Shown: in pieces, positions 59,622-64,000 of the stretch
Layout of the letters: each line of letters begins with the position of its first letter
Numbering within the stretch: the stretch's first letter is position 1
From: Leptospirillia bacterium
Lineage (GTDB): Bacteria; Nitrospirota; JACRHL01
DNA length: 64,000 nucleotides
Direction: 5' to 3'
Assembly (NCBI GenBank): GCA_046754085.1
Contig: JBHHVE010000007.1
Location: 26,964 to 90,963, forward strand
The notes under the pieces: model-generated
Database searches by the model: none
Seen by the model: the letters and a program-made list of their open reading frames with translations, nothing else
Told to the model about the DNA's origin: nothing
Made by a program: the position numbers and the translations under genes

Positions 59622-60686
59622 ATGCTGACCGAAGAGATTGTCCTTGAGGCACTGAAAAACGCTCAGGAGCCGGAACTCGGCAAAGACCTGGTCACCCTGG
59701 GGATGATCAAGGACATCCAGATCGACGGTGAAAAGCTGGCCTTCACGGTGCAGCTCACCACCCCGGCCTGCCCCCTGAAGACCGAGATCGAATCCCGCTG
59801 CCGCAAGGCGCTGGAAGGGGTCGAGGGACTCTCCCACATCGAGGTGCGCTGGGGCTCGCAGGTGGCACGCGGGGCGACCAACCCGCAAATGCAGGAGATG
59901 GCTCCGGGCATCAAGAACGTGATCGCGGTGTCCTCCGGCAAGGGCGGTGTGGGAAAAACCACGATTGCGGTGAACCTGGCCGTCTCTCTGGCCCGCGAGG
60001 GCGCCAGCGTCGGTATTCTGGACGCCGATATTTACGGACCCAACGTGCCCAAGATGCTCGGTCTTTCCGGCCAGCCCCTGTCCCGCGACGGCAAAATGGT
60101 GCCGCCGGAGGCCCACGGCATTCACGTCATGTCCATGGGCTTCATGGTGGACGACGAGACCCCGCTGGTGTGGCGCGGACCGATGATCCACGGTGCCATT
60201 CAACAGTTTTTGCGGGACGTGGACTGGGGTGAGATCGACTACCTGATCGTCGATCTGCCGCCGGGCACCGGTGACGCCCAGTTGTCCATCTGCCAACTCA
60301 TGCCGGTCACGGGCGCGGTGATCGTCACCACTCCCCAGGAAGTCAGCCTGCTGGACTCGCGGAGAGGGCTGGCCATGTTCCAGAAGGTCAACGTGCCGCT
60401 GTTGGGTATCGTGGAGAACATGAGCTACTTCCAGTGTCCCAACTGCGACTGCCGCACGGACATTTTCAGTACCGGCGGCGGCAGGCTGGCCGCCGAAAAG
60501 CTGGGCATCGATTTCCTCGGTGCGATCCCCATTGACGTGGCGATCCGCGAAGGCGGCGACACCGGCGTGCCGATCTGCGCCACCGATCCGGACAACGTTC
60601 AGGCAGAAGCCATCGCGGAAGTGGCCCGCCAGATCGCCGCCCGCATCGCGGTGCGCAACCAGGGCGACGTGCTCAGAATCATCTAG
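59622..60686 (+). CDS. apbC: Mrp/NBP35-family Fe-S cluster carrier ATPase
   Basis: N-terminal DUF59-like region, deviant Walker A SSGKGGVGKTT, CPNCDC motif. Confidence 0.92.
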   Translation: MLTEEIVLEALKNAQEPELGKDLVTLGMIKDIQIDGEKLAFTVQLTTPACPLKTEIESRCRKALEGVEGLSHIEVRWGSQVARGATNPQMQEMAPGIKNVIAVSSGKGGVGKTTIAVNLAVSLAREGASVGILDADIYGPNVPKMLGLSGQPLSRDGKMVPPEAHGIHVMSMGFMVDDETPLVWRGPMIHGAIQQFLRDVDWGEIDYLIVDLPPGTGDAQLSICQLMPVTGAVIVTTPQEVSLLDSRRGLAMFQKVNVPLLGIVENMSYFQCPNCDCRTDIFSTGGGRLAAEKLGIDFLGAIPIDVAIREGGDTGVPICATDPDNVQAEAIAEVARQIAARIAVRNQGDVLRII

Positions 60687-60718
60687 AAATTACCCGGCGA
60701 CCCCTGAGTGGGGGGGGA

Positions 60719-60751
60719 CGGGCAGCCTTTCGGGGCTGCCCGTTTTTTTTT
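60719..60751 (+). terminator. Rho-independent terminator
   Basis: CGGGCAGCC-TTTCGG-GGCTGCCCG followed by T9. Confidence 0.88.
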
Positions 60752-60955
60752 GATTCGGCCCCGCACTGGACTTCCCGCCCGCACCCCGGATAGACCGTTT
60801 TCTTGTCCAGCGGAAATAAGTTCTGCTACGTTTGCGAGGTTCATACAACGTCAGCGCTTTTCTCGATTCGGGCCATGCCCGTCGGCGTGGTTCTCCCTCT
60901 TGCATGGGGCGGGGAAATCTGACGCCGGGGCGAATCACCATTCGGGGAGGGAAAC

Positions 60956-62125
60956 GTGATGACAACCACATCTGTTTACAAAATCATGACGCGGGTCTTG
61001 CTGGCCGCGTCCGTTGTGCTGTTCGGGGCGGCCATGGCGCAGGCGAAGGAGGGCGACATGCGGTCGTCCATCTCGGTGCTGAGCGGCATGGATATCCATC
61101 TCGGCGGCCAGCTCAACCGGCAGGTTGTCTATGTAGACAATGGCACCGACACCGCAACCGGGCACACGGACAACAGTGCCTTTCCCAGCTATGTGCGATT
61201 GAAAGGCCGCACCCGGAACGGTTATGGCCCCGGTCTGTCGTGGGGTTTCAAGGTGGAGACCGGCATCAATTCCGGCCCGTCGGAAAATTTCAATTTCTCC
61301 AGCGGTACCAGCAACAGCACCAACTGGGAAACCCGCGCCTCCTATGTCTGGCTGATGAGCGACAAATGGGGCAAGGTGGCCATGGGCCGGGGGCCGGGGG
61401 CGGCCCGGTACTCGTCTCGGAAGGACCTTTCCGGCACCGAGCGGGTCCACAATTTCGACAGCCGCCGGGTGGCGGCCATCCCGTTCCGGGAAGACAACGG
61501 CAGCCTCGCGGGACTGACGGTGAGCCAGTTGTTCCCGAATAACTGGGGGGTGCGGGCCGATCAGTTGCTTTACAAGAGTCCCGAGTTCGCCAACACGCGC
61601 TTCAAGGCCAGTTTCGGCAACAACAGCGAGCGGGAGTATTCACTCAACTACCGCAACTACGACTGGAAGGACGACCTGCTGGCCGGAGACGACACCCGGA
61701 TCGCCGCCTCCATCGGCCATGTTCGCAACGTGGACCCCAGCGCCTCCGGCGATCAGGCCGATGCCCGCCTGCTGGGTTCCGCCTCCATATTGCACCCGAG
61801 CGGGCTGAACCTCACCCTGGGCTACGTGAACCAGGATCCGGGAACCGCCAACACCAACCAGAACACCACCTGGTCCACCTACACCAAGCTGGGCTACCGC
61901 TTCGGGAACCACTCCACCTCCGTGGACTACGGCATCTCGCGGGGCTCGGTGGCGTCCGGCGGCAAGGTCGAGGGCACCCTGTGGGGCCTGGGGTACGGGT
62001 GGAGCATGGGACCCTACGGCCTCGGCATCGGGGTGGAGCAATACGATGCGGAGTTCGTCTCTTCCGGGCTGCCGAACATCGACAGCACCTGGGTGTACAA
62101 CGCCCAGTTCAACGTGCGGTTCTGA
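60956..62125 (+). CDS. Outer-membrane porin (beta-barrel)
   Basis: Signal peptide ending AAMAQA, alternating beta-strand pattern, and a C-terminal ..YNAQFNVRF with terminal Phe. Confidence 0.8.
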   Translation: MMTTTSVYKIMTRVLLAASVVLFGAAMAQAKEGDMRSSISVLSGMDIHLGGQLNRQVVYVDNGTDTATGHTDNSAFPSYVRLKGRTRNGYGPGLSWGFKVETGINSGPSENFNFSSGTSNSTNWETRASYVWLMSDKWGKVAMGRGPGAARYSSRKDLSGTERVHNFDSRRVAAIPFREDNGSLAGLTVSQLFPNNWGVRADQLLYKSPEFANTRFKASFGNNSEREYSLNYRNYDWKDDLLAGDDTRIAASIGHVRNVDPSASGDQADARLLGSASILHPSGLNLTLGYVNQDPGTANTNQNTTWSTYTKLGYRFGNHSTSVDYGISRGSVASGGKVEGTLWGLGYGWSMGPYGLGIGVEQYDAEFVSSGLPNIDSTWVYNAQFNVRF

Positions 62126-62147
62126 CCCCGAGGGCGGGTCCGGCCAA

Positions 62148-62175
62148 CCGCCGCGGCCCCGCGGGGCCGCGGCGG
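62148..62175. other. 13-bp all-GC hairpin between the convergent porin and cbiG genes
   Basis: CCGCCGCGGCCCC GC GGGGCCGCGGCGG. There is no flanking U tract on either strand. Confidence 0.5.
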
Positions 62176-62340
62176 AAAGGCCGGGCATCGACAGGTTGGG
62201 GCAGATCCCCGGACATGTGACGATCCGCTGGAGTGGCGACGCCGGTGCGCCGGCTTGCGCCACCGTCCCGGACAATGTTCGGGACAAGGCCAGAGTGCTT
62301 GCTGTAAAGGGCTCCGGCGTCAAACTCCCGGATGCTTCGC

Positions 62341-63483
62341 CTAAAACCCCGCCCGCGCCACGCTCACCGTGGCGTTCAACCCGTCTTCTCCCTTGTACTT
62401 CACCTTCTCCACCACCAGACCGGCGGCGCTGACGCCTGCGGATAGCATGGCGGCGGGTTCGCCCACGGCGGGGGTGCCCATGTACTGCATGACCACCTCG
62501 CTGGGGTTTGGAATGTCCGGTACGGTGGCGAGTTCCCCCGCCGGGTAGTGGGTGACTTCCACCCCCAGTTCCGCGGCGTAGTCGTTGATGCCTGCTTCGT
62601 CTTTTTTCTTGTCGATGGTGGCCACGTTGCGGATGGAAAGCAGGCTCAGGCCCGCATCTCCCAAGGCAGTTTCCACTGCGTCGGAGAGGGTCTCGCGGCT
62701 AGTGCCCTTGTCGCAGCCCAGCCCCAGAACCAGGCTTTTGGGGCGGTAAATAATGATCTGCCCGGCCAGGTTTTTTAACCGCTCGTTCAGCTCCCGGTCG
62801 GGCTGGCGGTCGGTGACCCACAGCAGCGCCTTCACCTTATTCAGCGGCACCTTGTCCATGTGGTCGTACACGGTGATGGATTTGGGCAGCGGGGTGCTTC
62901 GGGTCCACCAATTGCTCTCGCCGGTTTCCTGCACGAAGGCCACCGGCTCCTCGTTCACCACGCTGGCGGAGACTCTGGTGATGTTGGCCCGGGTGGCCGG
63001 GTCCACCTGCCAGCCCAGTTCGCGCCCGAGAATATCCACCGGAATGGTCTGCCCCACGTCGGAGGCGGTGGTGACCACCGGGATCGCGCCGATCTCCCGC
63101 GCCACCGCTTCCGTATAGGCATTGGCCCCGCCCACGTGGCCGGACAGCAGGGAGATGACGAAGCGCCCGGCATCGTCAATCACCAGCACCGCCGGATCCT
63201 CCTCCTTGGACTTCAAATGGGGAGCAATCAGCCGCACCACCGCGCCCAGGGAGATATGGAAGATGAGCTGGTCGTAGTGCTCGAACCACGCCCCCATCTG
63301 CGCCCGCACCGGGCCTTCGTAGTAGCTGGCGGCATCGCCGCCGATCGCGCGGAATTTCTCCGCGAGAATCAGGTCGCAGCCGGGCAGCCTTTGGGCAACC
63401 TCCATCGCCAGTGTGGCGCCGTGCTTGGTGATGGCAATGACCGCCGTACGGTCGTGAATGTTCTGTAGTGCCTGATCGGCCAC
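62341..63483 (-). CDS. cbiG: Cobalamin biosynthesis protein CbiG (cobalt-precorrin-5A hydrolase)
   Basis: AVIAITKHG, LISGHVGGANAYTEAVA, VLGLGCDKGTS, ATIDKKKDE. Confidence 0.85.
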   Translation of the reverse strand: MADQALQNIHDRTAVIAITKHGATLAMEVAQRLPGCDLILAEKFRAIGGDAASYYEGPVRAQMGAWFEHYDQLIFHISLGAVVRLIAPHLKSKEEDPAVLVIDDAGRFVISLLSGHVGGANAYTEAVAREIGAIPVVTTASDVGQTIPVDILGRELGWQVDPATRANITRVSASVVNEEPVAFVQETGESNWWTRSTPLPKSITVYDHMDKVPLNKVKALLWVTDRQPDRELNERLKNLAGQIIIYRPKSLVLGLGCDKGTSRETLSDAVETALGDAGLSLLSIRNVATIDKKKDEAGINDYAAELGVEVTHYPAGELATVPDIPNPSEVVMQYMGTPAVGEPAAMLSAGVSAAGLVVEKVKYKGEDGLNATVSVARAGF

Positions 63484-63521
63484 GCTATGCCCCCTGCCCG
63501 GAGTCTGATTTCACATTAAAG

Positions 63522-63545
63522 TCCCGCCCGATATTTCGGGCGGGA
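63522..63545 (-). terminator. Hairpin after the 63587 ORF
   Basis: TCCCGCCCG-ATATTT-CGGGCGGGA. On the minus strand it is followed by CTTTAAT, a weak U tract. Confidence 0.4.
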
Positions 63546-63586
63546 TGCTCAGAATGGCGCGGATGGCGCTGCTTGGCAAGCCCGGA

Positions 63587-63973
63587 TCAGGCCGGATCGC
63601 CCGATGCCCGTTCGGCCCGGTAGCGCTTCAGGTAGGTTTCAGCCACCCGATCCCGCGATATCTCGAGCCGTTCCAGGGTGACCCGCGATGCCGCCGGGCA
63701 GTTGGTGATCAACATAAACTCGCCATGGGGCGCGATGTTCGACCAGTAGGTGCCCAGGTGATACCAGCGCCCGCGCCCGTCCGGAACAATCCGGAAGCGC
63801 CGCCCGGTTCTCCGGTTGAAGCCCGCCTTCGGGTCGCTCCGGTACAGCAGCACCCCCGAGTTACACGCCGCATCAGCCGCAGCCGTCAGGTACAGGGAGG
63901 TCACCGTGCCGACCGGCTGCTGCGGCAGCGGGGTGATTTTCACGTTGTCCGCGGCGATGTGCATGGCCGCCAC
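63587..63973 (-). CDS. Hypothetical protein (may extend beyond the window)
   Basis: The ORF stays open upstream of ATG 63973 to the window edge. No recognisable motif. Confidence 0.45.
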   Translation of the reverse strand: MAAMHIAADNVKITPLPQQPVGTVTSLYLTAAADAACNSGVLLYRSDPKAGFNRRTGRRFRIVPDGRGRWYHLGTYWSNIAPHGEFMLITNCPAASRVTLERLEISRDRVAETYLKRYRAERASGDPA

Positions 63974-64000
63974 GTCCTCCCCCCGGACTTCATCGTCAGC

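Overview
High-GC, densely coding chromosomal segment from a Gram-negative, proteobacterium-like genome (Mla system, porin and LPS-type sugar genes). I call about 60 CDS. I saw no rRNA, tRNA, CRISPR array, transposase, integrase or phage genes. Housekeeping backbone: mfd, secA, rph-rdgB, argS, tgt-yajC-secD-secF, mlaEFD, pepP, lexA, mrp/apbC, cbiG. Content worth a second look: (1) 40.6-52.0 kb: a one-strand island of rfbA-C-B-D, an ArnC-like GT2, a sulfotransferase, two small ArnE/F-like EamA proteins, an LbH acetyltransferase, an acyltransferase_3, a large GT-C enzyme and wecE. It reads as an Arn/Gtr-style lipid-carrier periplasmic glycan-modification route fed by dTDP-Fuc4N. (2) 38.0-40.5 kb: an ArsR-headed sulfur-relay operon (TusA-like, compact DsrE/F/H-like trio, TusA, DsrE2-like) behind a consensus promoter overlapped by a perfect palindrome. 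(3) 21.7-23.8 kb: an IscS/NifS-like protein that keeps its Cys loop but lacks the PLP lysine, followed by a third TusA and a 2-Cys peroxiredoxin. (4) Two tandem periplasmic FGE/SUMF1-like proteins; one carries two CxxCH haem motifs plus an FGE-like C-x4-C pair. (5) A family of about 125-165-nt palindromic intergenic repeats (3 copies plus short modules). (6) An orphan NikR with a candidate operator facing a DUF971 gene and an unknown 499-aa gene. (7) An HD-GYP gene coupled to a HEAT-repeat gene, tandem Kelch paralogues, a DUF3524 (QTMAN-like) glycosyltransferase and a Cheo-box-like palindrome at lexA. All calls come from by-eye motif recognition on the supplied ORF translations and DNA; no database search or computation was run.
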